Shown: one piece after another, positions 1-10,475 of the stretch
Layout: the number at the start of each line of letters is the position of its first letter
Position numbering within the stretch: position 1 is the first letter of the stretch
From: Hormiphora californensis
Lineage: Eukaryota; Animalia; Ctenophora
Direction of reading: 5' to 3'
NCBI GenBank assembly: GCA_020137815.1
Contig: CM035350.1
Location: 9,858,001-9,922,000, forward strand
Length of the DNA: 64,000 nucleotides
Made by a program: the position numbers and the translations under genes
The notes under the pieces: model-generated
Seen by the model: the letters and a program-made list of their open reading frames with translations, nothing else
The model's database searches: none
What the model was told of the DNA's origin: nothing

Positions 1-1937
1 CCCCTGACTCAGGGCCTGAGCGGCGAGACACAATGAATTCCTCAAAATAGAAAGGAGTTGGAGTGTTTGGTTGCTCCTGGTTACCTGGATTGTGTCCACA
101 GAGTGACACACACAAATTGGTCAAGATGTAACTTGATCGCTCATGTGTCAGGATCTTAACTATTCCTTCTTGGGATAGGGTCAACCTGAAATCAGAGAGG
201 GTTCAGAACACCAATTCTCACTCTCAGGTCCTGATCCAACTTGTAGACCATAAAGTCGGATTTTTTGAAGTTGTCACCCCCCTTTTCGTGCGCGGAATGT
301 TTTTGCGCGTCACATCACATGTTAACGTGTGGTGTGCGCGTCAAAATTGATAAATTTCACATGCGCGGTCATTTTGGGGTGACAACTTCAAAAAATCCGA
401 CTTTACTGGATTGTGCGCGTCATTGGTGTACTTTCACCACTCCCGAGACTGCGCGCGCTCCCTCTCTCCCCGACCTCTGAGTGTGCGTGTGTGGGACACA
501 GAGGCAGGTGCTCCAAATCTGATAACCGACCTGGCAACTACAAGTGCTGAGTTACTGGCTGCCCATTGGTGGGGGTCAACAGTCAATACTCCCAGGATCG
601 GGAGGGCGTCTTCAAACGCGGCTTGTTGGAGAATCCAGAGGCGACCATCCGCAGATTCGGCCTGTGTGAGAGGATGATCTTAATACTGAAAGTTTTAATA
701 CTATCCGATCTATATCTGCCTTCATACAATATCTTTTTACATGTTCTACTGATCATACAGTGATGGTTCACCACAAGTATTCATGGTAAGATTGTTTAAA
801 AACACCGCTCCTATAGTCAGTGAGAGGGTGGCGGGACAGACACGGTGGAGTGACATGATAGAGGGGATGGTAGGGAATGGTTAAAAGCAATTTAAAAAAG
901 GAGGAACATGCTCATATTATTTGAGCTATTTATCGTTTACAAGTGTGCATGTTGTCACGACAACAAAGTGCCCCATTCAGATGCAATTGACCTGATGATC
1001 CCACCTCTCTTTGTATCCCTCTGTCTCCCTCCTTCTCTCTCCCTCTTTCACTCACTCACTCTCTACACATCTCCCTTTCTCTCTCACCACTTATTTCCCT
1101 TCGCTTCCCTTTCTGTCTCCCATATGACGCATTATCCCGGGATATGAATAGAAATGAATGGGATATGAACGATTATGTGTTTGACCCCGCCTCTTGGAAG
1201 TATTCGATTATAGAAATCTAAAAAGAGGGAAAACGGATCATAGAGTAGTATGTGGCTGCAGGGAGAGAATGGTGAACTATATGCCACCTTATATATTACT
1301 TCTAAACCTATACATTTCTTACTCTCCGATAGTAAACGAAATTTATATCATATGACCACTGCTCGACTCCTCTATACGATAATTGCCAGACTATACACAG
1401 TACAACTTATTACTGTACACAGTAATTACTGTAGTCCACATACACGAAATATCAAAACGACTTACTATGTTAGCTATAGTTCCTGCTGCGTTCATCACCA
1501 CGTTTTTATCATCGCTCATTAGCATGTTAACCAGGGCAGTAAACAGGGTGGGGTTGCTCTGTCCACTGGCAGCAGTGTTCCGAGGTACTGATAACACATA
1601 CTCCCTACATCGAGGGTGCTCCACTATGGTCCCTAGAATATGTACCACAGACTCTGTCAACCTGGGGGAGGGAGGGATATGGAGTGTATAACTTGGAGCT
1701 GTGACATTGAACCATAATTGGGGTCGTACTTTAGTTCGTAGGCCCAGGAGTGTGCACGGGGATACTTGAAGGGGTCGTTCAGAGACATGAACCTAGTAGT
1801 GCACGGGGATACTTGAAGGGGTCGTTCAGAGACATGAACCTAGTAGTTATCAAGCAAGACAAGGAAATATACTCAAAGAAAGACTGGACTAAAGCAGTCC
1901 ACTTTGGCGTGAAATAGACAGAAGAAAAGAGAGAAAT

Positions 1938-2014
<77 letters not shown>

Positions 2015-2774
2015 AAGAAGGGAGAGAGAGAAAAAAAGATAGCGGGAGTGAGAGAGAGAGAGAAGGAGAGAGTAATACAGACGAAGAAAGAAAAGAAGTT
2101 AGGGAGTGAGAAGTAAAATCAAGATTTAGAACAATTAGCAAATTACTTGAGAACTAAGCGGTCTTGCATGACTACGTGGTGCGTCCCAACATAAAGTCTA
2201 AATGGACTTTAGAGAATCCTAGTAGAACTAAACTTGTGGTGGAAGTGTAACGAATCATCAGAAAATAACATGCCTAAATTGTAAATGATATACCATTACC
2301 AAACTTCCAACCCGGCCGGTTTTATTTTCATACCTTTTATCGTCGAATTCAAGGAGATCGACGAGTCCAGCAATCGCCTCATGACCATTATCATGCTGTA
2401 ATAGTTTATACACCTGACACAGAGAGAGAGATAGTTACTCCACCCTGTCTTAGGACGTCTGTATCAAATGTTCGAATGTAAGTGTTACAAAATAATTGTG
2501 TGGGAATTCTATTCTTTATATCACCGCAAGTAGGGGGCTCGATAACATGCACTGTCTCTTCACACACTGCAGCCAGTATTATAGTACTACTAAGCAGCAC
2601 GTTCTAACCGCAACTCAACTTCTTACTAATAAAATCAGATCTTACCGCCGCTTCCGATTGCGTGTCAATGAAGTCAGTGAGCCAAGATAGGACGGTGGGT
2701 GCTCTGTAGACGTCTCGGCTGGCTAGATACGAGAAATACTTCTCCACGATGTCTTCACTTGGAGAACTTGTCAT
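1..2774 (-). CDS. Armadillo/HEAT-repeat-like protein, 5' part; exons 2646-2774, 2334-2395, 1466-1661, 531-661 and one starting at 185 toward the window edge
   Basis: GT-AG exons join in phase: MTSSPSEDIV...LVDLLEFDDKR|LTESVVHILGTIVE...LVNMLMSDDKNVVMNAAGTIANI|AESADGRLWIL...AASNSALVVAR|LTLSQEG. The helical L-x-x-LL...AA-x-I-x-N pattern is typical of ARM repeats. Confidence 0.7.
251..405. mobile_element. MITE, family A (TIR AAGTCGGATTTTTTGAAGTTGTCAC, TA-flanked; Tc1/mariner-like)
   Basis: Perfect ~30-bp inverted termini including TA. The same TIR recurs at 19395-19671, with solo ends near 3439-3462 and 17558-17585. Confidence 0.85.
1752..1847. repeat. 47-bp direct tandem duplication (intronic)
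   Basis: gtgcacggggatacttgaaggggtcgttcagagacatgaacctagta occurs twice in tandem. Confidence 0.9.
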
Positions 2775-4052
2775 GTTGTCTACTACGTTACCATAACACC
2801 TCCCTACCCTACATGTCAGTATGAGTAAGGATTAGTCATTTAGATTGATGCAGGTGATGCCTCTGTACTTTGTTATATGATACGGTTAAAGAGAAACAAC
2901 GATTTTGCAGTACTAATATTCAATTAAGAACAGGTCTGTAACAATTCATAGTGTGATGTGAGCCACAGATATTGAGAATAACACGTGAGCTACACTGTGA
3001 TACGAGTTGTCTGGCGTTGTGACCCCATCTGAGCGCACTGTCACCGCCAGACAGGATACGAGAGGGAGAAAAAGTAAAAGAGAAAAAGCAAGGGAGAAAA
3101 TTTAAGAGAGACTATGATGCAGAGTACGGCATGTGATCTCATAAATCCCTAACAGGAAGAGAGAAAGAAATCAAGAGAGTTACTTATTGAGGGATGTGAT
3201 CCAATCCGTGACGACGATTTAAGGTTGGTCGTCAGCGGATCAAGTATGGGCCTTGGCATATGTTGCAGACCCCATTTTTATTCTGCAATATGCAGAAATT
3301 TTCACCCCTATTCTCGTGCAATCGTTTTTTGTGCACCTCATTCCTTGTTTAATTTCCCTGTCTAATTTCCATGTTAACGAGTGATGTTCACGGCAAAAAG
3401 TGAAAAATGTCACAAAATTTGAAGTTTGAGGCGACTAGACGACATCAAAAAATCCGACTTTACTATGTAGTGGGAATTCTTGGCGTGCTAAAGTAGAGCA
3501 CGAGAATTTCAGAAGGAATCTGCAAAGCATTGAATTCACGCACGATTAGCACTTTGAAGAACACACGTGTTGTCAATCTGGCGCTCTGATTGGTCAAGCA
3601 ATTCAATTCAATTCAATTGTTACATTTGATACCCCGCAAATTGACTCAATATAGCTAAGAGATAAACGCAAAAAACAGAGAAAAAATAACTCGTAATTAA
3701 AACGCCAGAGCTCTTAAGCCAGCCTTCTTATGCGGCAGTCCATACAGAAACAGTAGATAGATCAAGGTGGGTACACACTGAGGGACTGTATGAATAAGTT
3801 AATTAAAATAGTTATAATTAAAAAGAAGAATTTAGAATTCCAATCATAAAAAGTAGTAGATTAATGATTAATAGTTAATTCAGTAGATAACGTTGTCGAT
3901 AAGCTATACGATTACTTGGTTAAGAAAATATGTTAAAAAATTCACTGTGCTCAGTATAAAAAGGGGCTAGACTCGGAACTCAGAACAGAACAAGACACGT
4001 AAAACAAGACAGACAGCGACTAGACAGATCTCTCTTCTAACAAAGCTACAAA

Positions 4053-6377
4053 TCAGCCAGCAGGACCGTATGACTTGTCAAAGAGGTGCGTCTTCAGCTT
4101 CGATTTGAAGAGTGACTCATCTGTGCAGCTTCGAATTGTTTGAGGCAGGACATTCCACAGTCTCGGTCCTGCTACTTGGAAAGCACGCTGAGAAGTTTTA
4201 TACTTAGTGGAAAAGTCTTTTTGGAGAAGTGTTGGATCATCATCATGTCTCAGTGATTTGCACTTTAGTTGCCGCCTTTGTATTAGACTCTGTAGGTAGG
4301 ATGGTGCTAGATTGTTGATGCACTTGAAAACCATAAGACAGATCTTGTAGTCAATTCTCGCTGTGACAGGAAGAAAGTGCAGCTGCTTTCTCAGTTCTGT
4401 AACTCCTCTCCATTGCCACCTTCCAAAGATGAATCTTGTCGCTGCATTCTGCACTTTTTGAAGGCGGGTGATGTCACTTTTATCAGCTCCAATCAATAGG
4501 CCATTGCAGTAGTCTATGCGAGAGTGTATAAGGGAGTGAACCAGCTGGACTTTGTTTTTCTTTGACAGTTTGTCGCCGATGCGCCTCAGGTTGTGTAAGG
4601 TCATGTTGCAGTCCCTGACTACCTTGGAGATATGGGCTTTCATGGTGAGCCTTTCATCAAATATAACTCCTAAATTCCTTGCCTGTTCCGAGGGACTGAT
4701 GTACGTTGCCGGTTGATCAGATCTACGCAGAGAGAAAGACTCATCATGAGCGATGGGATTTGTAGTTTTGTCAGTCCGCGATGATATAAACAGTAGTTCT
4801 GTTTTGGAGGGGTTGAGTTTCAAATAACTCGATGCCATCCATTGCTCGATTTCTGAGAAACATTGTCGAAGCTGATCTTCATTTTGTGTCCAGTTGTTGT
4901 TGGTAAACTTCACATATAGCTGAGAGTCGTCTGCGTAAAGGTGAATCCTCATCCCATGTTTGGCCGCAATTTTCTCGAGGTCTTTCGTGAACAGAATAAA
5001 CATAAGGGGCCCCAAGATGGATCCCTGGGGCACTCCAATGTATACACTTACTTCAGCAGACTGGGAATCACCTATTTTGACAACAGCTTTCCTTCCTTCG
5101 AGATAAGAAGAGAACCATTTGAGAGCTGTTCCACTGACTCCATACATGTGCTGCAGGCGACGTAGAAGGATTGTATGAGGAACAGTATCAAAGGCAGCAG
5201 AGAGATCAAGTAGAAGGAGTACTGCCTTACTTTTCTTGTCAGTCATCACGAGTAGATCATTAAAGATCTTCAGGGTGGCCGTTTCACATGAGTGTTTCTT
5301 TCTGTAGGCAGACTGCACTGTAGCAAACAGCTCGTGTTCTTCCAGGTGTTCCGTCAATTGTAAAGAAACGCACTTTTCGATGATTTTAGAGATGAAGCTG
5401 AGGTTGGAGATAGGCCTGTAGCTTCCAACATCGTTGCTGTCTAACCCTTTCCCCTTGTACACAGGCCGGATAACTGCTTTCTTGAGGACAGAAGGAAATA
5501 CCCCGTTGACCAGACTACCGTTGACAATTGCTTTAATGATGGGGATCAGCTCGTGTATACAGGTTCCAACGAGCTTAGAAGGAATGGGATCGAGGTCACA
5601 GATTTTATAATTCATTGAACGAATGATCTTCACCAGCTCGTCACTGGTTACAGGTCTGAAAGAGTCAAACTTAGGCAGGCTATTTTCATCCTCAAGACCA
5701 GAAGCTTCCTCGGTGTCAGCACGCATTGCTTCAATTTCTGTGTAGATCTTGTTGATTTTTTCTTGGAAGAATTCAATGAATCTCTGGCATAGTTCGTCAA
5801 GATCCGTGTATTCAGGAAGTACTGATGAATTTTCATCCTTTCCCAGCAGACCATTCATGATTCTGTAAGACTTCTGCATATCACCATCGGCTTCATCAAG
5901 CTTCTCCCGATAATATCCATTCCTAACTCCAACGATAAACTTGGTTGCTGCTTTAGCCTCGTCACGTTTAGTTCGGAGACTGTCCCACAGTTTTTCAGGA
6001 CACACAGATTTCAACAGCGTGGCCAGATACTGTCGTTCAGCTTTCCTCCTACGACGTTTAGCAGCTTGACAATCAGTGTTATACCACTTGGGGCCTGGAT
6101 CTTCAGGGACAATCATCTCAGTGACCGGGGCAAGTTCATCGAGAAACTCAGCCAACATCTCATCATACAGTTCAATAAGTTCCTCCACCTCCGAGGGAAA
6201 GTTTTCTATGTCACAGAGAGGGGACTGTAGGATTGAGAATATTAGCTGTTCAATATCCAGTGATTTCATGTCTCTTTTCTTCACCGAGACAAACTTCTTC
6301 CGCTGGGCTGTAACTCCATTTTCTAGGGTGAATGACACCAGGGCATGATCAGGTACAGCAGGAATCATATCCACTTG
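4053..6377 (-). CDS. L2-type LINE ORF2, C-terminal part (end of AP endonuclease plus reverse transcriptase)
   Basis: PDH end of APE, YRPISNLSFISKIIEK, LLLLDLSAAFDTV, GVPQGSILGP, YADDSQLY, RIDYCNGLL; no internal stops. Confidence 0.95.
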   Translation of the reverse strand, partial: QVDMIPAVPDHALVSFTLENGVTAQRKKFVSVKKRDMKSLDIEQLIFSILQSPLCDIENFPSEVEELIELYDEMLAEFLDELAPVTEMIVPEDPGPKWYNTDCQAAKRRRRKAERQYLATLLKSVCPEKLWDSLRTKRDEAKAATKFIVGVRNGYYREKLDEADGDMQKSYRIMNGLLGKDENSSVLPEYTDLDELCQRFIEFFQEKINKIYTEIEAMRADTEEASGLEDENSLPKFDSFRPVTSDELVKIIRSMNYKICDLDPIPSKLVGTCIHELIPIIKAIVNGSLVNGVFPSVLKKAVIRPVYKGKGLDSNDVGSYRPISNLSFISKIIEKCVSLQLTEHLEEHELFATVQSAYRKKHSCETATLKIFNDLLVMTDKKSKAVLLLLDLSAAFDTVPHTILLRRLQHMYGVSGTALKWFSSYLEGRKAVVKIGDSQSAEVSVYIGVPQGSILGPLMFILFTKDLEKIAAKHGMRIHLYADDSQLYVKFTNNNWTQNEDQLRQCFSEIEQWMASSYLKLNPSKTELLFISSRTDKTTNPIAHDESFSLRRSDQPATYISPSEQARNLGVIFDERLTMKAHISKVVRDCNMTLHNLRRIGDKLSKKNKVQLVHSLIHSRIDYCNGLLIGADKSDITRLQKVQNAATRFIFGRWQWRGVTELRKQLHFLPVTARIDYKICLMVFKCINNLAPSYLQSLIQRRQLKCKSLRHDDDPTLLQKDFSTKYKTSQRAFQVAGPRLWNVLPQTIRSCTDESLFKSKLKTHLFDKSYGPAG

Positions 6378-7740
6378 TCACCCCTCCCTCTCCACACCAG
6401 CTCTCTCCGGTGCTCCTCTCCTGGGTCACCCCTCCCTCACCACACCTGCTCTCTCCGGTGTTCCTTTCCTGGGTCACCCCTCCCTCACCACACCTGCTCT
6501 CTCCGGTGCTCCTCTCCTGGGTCACCCCTCCCCCTCCACACCAGCTCTCTCCGGTGTTCCTCTCCTGGGTCACCCCTCCCTCACCACACCTGCTCTCTCC
6601 GGTGTTCCTTTCCTGGGTCACCCCTCCCTCTCCACACCAGCTCTCTCCGGTGTTCCTTTCCTGGGTCACCCCTCCCTCTCCACACCAGCTCTCTCCGGTG
6701 CTCCTCTCCTGGGTCACCCCTCCCTCACCACACCTGCTCTCTCCGGTGTTCCTTTCCTGGGTCACCCCTCCCTCTCCACACCAGCTCTCTCCGGTGCTCC
6801 TCTCCTGGGTCACCCCTCCCTCACCACACCTGCTCTCTCCGGTGTTCCTTTCCTGGGTCACCCCTCCCTCTCCACACCAGCTCTCTCCGGTGTTCCTTTC
6901 CTGGGTCACCCCTCCCTCTCCACACCAGCTCTCTCCGGTGCTCCTCTCCTGGGTCACCCCTCCCTCACCACACCTGCTCTCTCCGGTGTTCCTTTCCTGG
7001 GTCACCCCTCCCTCACCACACCTGCTCTCTCCGGTGCTCCTCTCCTGGGTCACCCCTCCCTCTCCACACCAGCTCTCTCCGGTGTTCCTTTCCTGGGTCA
7101 CCCCTACGTCTCCGGTGTTCCTCTCCTGGGTCACCCCTCCCTCTCCACACCTGCTCTCTCCGGTGCTCCTTTCCTGGGTCACCCCTCCCTCTCCACACCA
7201 GCTCTCTCCGGTGTTCCTTTCCTGGGTCACCCCTCCCTCTCCACACCAGCTCTCTCCGGTGCTCCTCTCCTGGGTCACCCCTCCCTCTCCACACCAGCTC
7301 TCTCCGGTGCTCCTCTCCTGGGTCACCCCTCCCTCACCACACCTGCTCTCTCCGGTGTTCCTTTCCTGGGTCACCCCTCCCTCACCACACCTGCTCTCTC
7401 CGGTGCTCCTCTCCTGGGTCACCCCTCCCTCTCCACACCAGCTCTCTCCGGTGTTCCTTTCCTGGGTCACCCCTACGTCTCCGGTGTTCCTCTCCTGGGT
7501 CACCCCTCCCTCTCCACACCTGCTCTCTCCGGTGCTCCTTTCCTGGGTCACCCCTCCCTCTCCACACCAGCTCTCTCCGGTGTTCCTTTCCTGGGTCACC
7601 CCTCCCTCTCCACACCAGCTCTCTCCGGTGCTCCTCTCCTGGGTCACCCCTCCCTCTCCACACCAGCTCTCTCCGGTGTTCCTTTCCTGGGTCACCCCTC
7701 CCTCACCACACCAGCTCTCTCCGATGCTCCTCTCCTGGAC
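6377..7740 (+). repeat. 48-bp tandem monomer array (~28-29 units) at the 5' end of the RTEX-like LINE
   Basis: Unit CTGGGTCACCCCTCCCTC(T/A)CCACACC(A/T)GCTCTCTCCGGTG(C/T)TCCT(C/T)TC; two 33-bp variant units ~369 bp apart. Confidence 0.95.
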
Positions 7741-7802
7741 CACCACTTCGATCCCTACACCTGAGACCGCAACCGAATACTCTGCTCATTCTTCTTCTTC
7801 TC

Positions 7803-10475
7803 ATGGTACTCCCAGGCCTCAGCTTTAACGTATCCTGGTTAAGTGGAAGTGGTAAATCCCACAGTAGCACTTTTATAGACACCGAACCAGTCCCTGAGGA
7901 TCAGACTACACCCACCAAAGCTAAACCTGACGCTGAATTCGTTACTCCCCAAGCAACAACTCCTCATCTCAGCAACACCACTCCCCAAGCAACAACTCCT
8001 CGTCTCAGCAACAGATACCTGAGCCGGAAAAGAACATGCAGCGAACATTCCATAGACGGATCCATATTAGACAATATCGGGCAGGATACACCGTCCCGGA
8101 ATGAACCTGCATATTCACAGCTCGACTCCAGAGGCCCTGTATACGACCCAAAGACCAACACACAGATACTGTTTAAGTCTACAGAAACAGACTTCCTGGA
8201 TACCATTGACCTATTGAGCATTGGACGCCAAATAAGTCACGACCTGATGGAGATACATGGGAACAACACCCTCAACTCGAAGTGCAAACTAAACATACGA
8301 ACAGCCAGTAATGATTGTCCGAAAATATACAAGGACCTTATATCCGCACTCCTCAACACACGTCAATCAATCTACCCAGACATCCCCGGCGATGATTGGA
8401 ACAATCTGACAATCATCTCCACCTACAGCAGGGAAAATGAAGTCAAATTCGTCACTGCAAATGATGTCTTGACAATCGTCCATATCGGAAGATCGCAGAC
8501 TGTTCAATACAAATCAAAATACAATATAGTGGACGCTCCTCTCGACAAAATCAGTGCTCTATTCATCAACCCGAAACACAGGAGCTCTGTCAAGGTTATC
8601 ACTAGCTCCTCCTCTGAAGAATCCCTTGACTTCCACTACTGGATAGTCCCCACATTCAGAACTCCAATACAAAATCCCATTCCACCTGCTGTGGAACCGG
8701 AATCCATCAGCCACACAACAGACTCGGCAAGAGAAACCACTGCCCAAGCATCTGACGAAACGAACGATCCCAAACCAGAGACCCGGGTAACCATAACCCC
8801 AGAAGAAAAAGATCCAGATGGCGCAACCGAGTCCACAACCACAAAAGAGATCAGTCCTGAAACAAGCTCAGAAGTGGCAACACCGGACTCGCCTAACCAA
8901 ATTATCTTTGAACCCGACAGCAAAAACTTCATCAAAAGGGAACTGGCGACAAATATAATCACTTCGGCCAGCAAGAAAACCCTCAAGAAGCTCTGCGAAG
9001 CAGCCGACCACACCTTCACTGACATACTCGATGCAAGGATGCTCCTTCTCAAAGACCTAGACTCTATCTTTGAAGAAACTAGTAGGCCCTCGGCTAAGTT
9101 TTGCCGAGCCATGCTGGAACAGTTGACATCAACCGCCGTAAACTTGGAACTAGACCGACTTGAAATTGAGTCAAGTGTCAACACGGTGGCCTTCAAAAGA
9201 ACTCTACTGGTCAAACACTGGTGCGAAGATTCTGAATCTACCCCACATACAGCTAGCCAAAAACCCGTTACTGCAGCAAGCTTAAAGAAATCTTCCAGGA
9301 AACAGCAGATTAAGGCCCCGACCGATCAACAGAAGGTTGGAGAATCCTCAGAACACACCAATGGGAACAGACAGGAAGATGTAGCCAAACAACCCGCTCA
9401 GCCTGAATCCTCTAAAGATATCATAATCAAGCTAATGGAAGAAAGACTTCTCTCACTGGAAAGAAAGATGGACTCGATGTCAGCGGCAATGGTCGCCAGC
9501 GACAACGGAACAGAACTGCTCCTAAGAGAATCAGAAACGAAGATCAAGAACCTCCAGAAATCAGTGGAAGATCAGCAAAAACTCTTACAGAATCAGCAAC
9601 TGTTGATCAATCAACTTCAAACCACCACGAACAACCTGAACCAAGCCCTTGAGAAATGCACCAAGGACCTCCAAGAACTCCGACCTACCCCTAGCAACCA
9701 CCAACCATCCTACAACTCACGGAGGAGGCAGGGCTCTACTAGACCAGATCAAAGCACAACCAGCTCTGGCAACACCACTCCAAACACCATCAGTCCCCAC
9801 ATGAGGCAGCCCAACGCACAACCACCCACTCAGAGAGGAACCACAACTGCAAGTGGAGACCTCGCTCCAAGAAAACCAAAATGCTTCATAGCCCACGGCG
9901 CGGAAATGGACTCATTTGATAGGACGCTGTTCTCAAAATCTTTCGACATCGAAACACACAAGATAACATCACTAGAGGAGGCCAAGACTGAACCCTCACA
10001 TCCCAGTGAACTCCAAAAAGCTATCAGGAAGCATCGCCCCGGTGCCATCGTCCTTCACGTAGGCAAGGAGGACATCCTTAAAAAACTTAAAGACAAGCAA
10101 CCTATTTCAGCTGAGATAGAAATACTAAAGTCTGTGGTAAAAGGGATACTACAAAACACCCCCTCTAAGATCTGCGTATCTCTACCGATACCGGCTCCCA
10201 AACTACCATCTCTCGATGCCAGCATCAAAAACTGGAACCTACAAATATCCAGATTCATCACAGAACTCAGGAAAAACCCAGCCTTCACTAACCGGGTATT
10301 CACAATAAACAACGCCAGAATCGGTGAACACACTACAACCCAAGTTGCAACAGACAGTGGGATAGAAAGTATACCAACCGAACATGGTGGGAAAAAACTC
10401 TGGCTAAATCTCAGAGAAGGGCTAAACAGAATGACCAATCCTAACCACAAAAGAAGAACTCACAATGAAGAGTAA
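7803..10475 (+). CDS. RTEX-like ORF1 (~890 aa from first AUG after the array): putative degenerate AlkB-like fold, coiled coil, degenerate SGNH esterase
   Basis: Open frame 6345-10475 with ATG at 7803; heptad-rich LMEERLLSLERK...LEKCTKDLQEL; C-terminal PGAIVLHVGKEDI...KICVSLPIP resembles SGNH block III. Confidence 0.8.
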   Translation: MVLPGLSFNVSWLSGSGKSHSSTFIDTEPVPEDQTTPTKAKPDAEFVTPQATTPHLSNTTPQATTPRLSNRYLSRKRTCSEHSIDGSILDNIGQDTPSRNEPAYSQLDSRGPVYDPKTNTQILFKSTETDFLDTIDLLSIGRQISHDLMEIHGNNTLNSKCKLNIRTASNDCPKIYKDLISALLNTRQSIYPDIPGDDWNNLTIISTYSRENEVKFVTANDVLTIVHIGRSQTVQYKSKYNIVDAPLDKISALFINPKHRSSVKVITSSSSEESLDFHYWIVPTFRTPIQNPIPPAVEPESISHTTDSARETTAQASDETNDPKPETRVTITPEEKDPDGATESTTTKEISPETSSEVATPDSPNQIIFEPDSKNFIKRELATNIITSASKKTLKKLCEAADHTFTDILDARMLLLKDLDSIFEETSRPSAKFCRAMLEQLTSTAVNLELDRLEIESSVNTVAFKRTLLVKHWCEDSESTPHTASQKPVTAASLKKSSRKQQIKAPTDQQKVGESSEHTNGNRQEDVAKQPAQPESSKDIIIKLMEERLLSLERKMDSMSAAMVASDNGTELLLRESETKIKNLQKSVEDQQKLLQNQQLLINQLQTTTNNLNQALEKCTKDLQELRPTPSNHQPSYNSRRRQGSTRPDQSTTSSGNTTPNTISPHMRQPNAQPPTQRGTTTASGDLAPRKPKCFIAHGAEMDSFDRTLFSKSFDIETHKITSLEEAKTEPSHPSELQKAIRKHRPGAIVLHVGKEDILKKLKDKQPISAEIEILKSVVKGILQNTPSKICVSLPIPAPKLPSLDASIKNWNLQISRFITELRKNPAFTNRVFTINNARIGEHTTTQVATDSGIESIPTEHGGKKLWLNLREGLNRMTNPNHKRRTHNEE

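Noticed and set aside
6377-7740. 48-bp array as a CRISPR array, or as separate 465-498-aa genes
   Set aside because: No unique spacers and the context is eukaryotic; the overlapping ORFs arise because the unit is stop-free and a multiple of 3.
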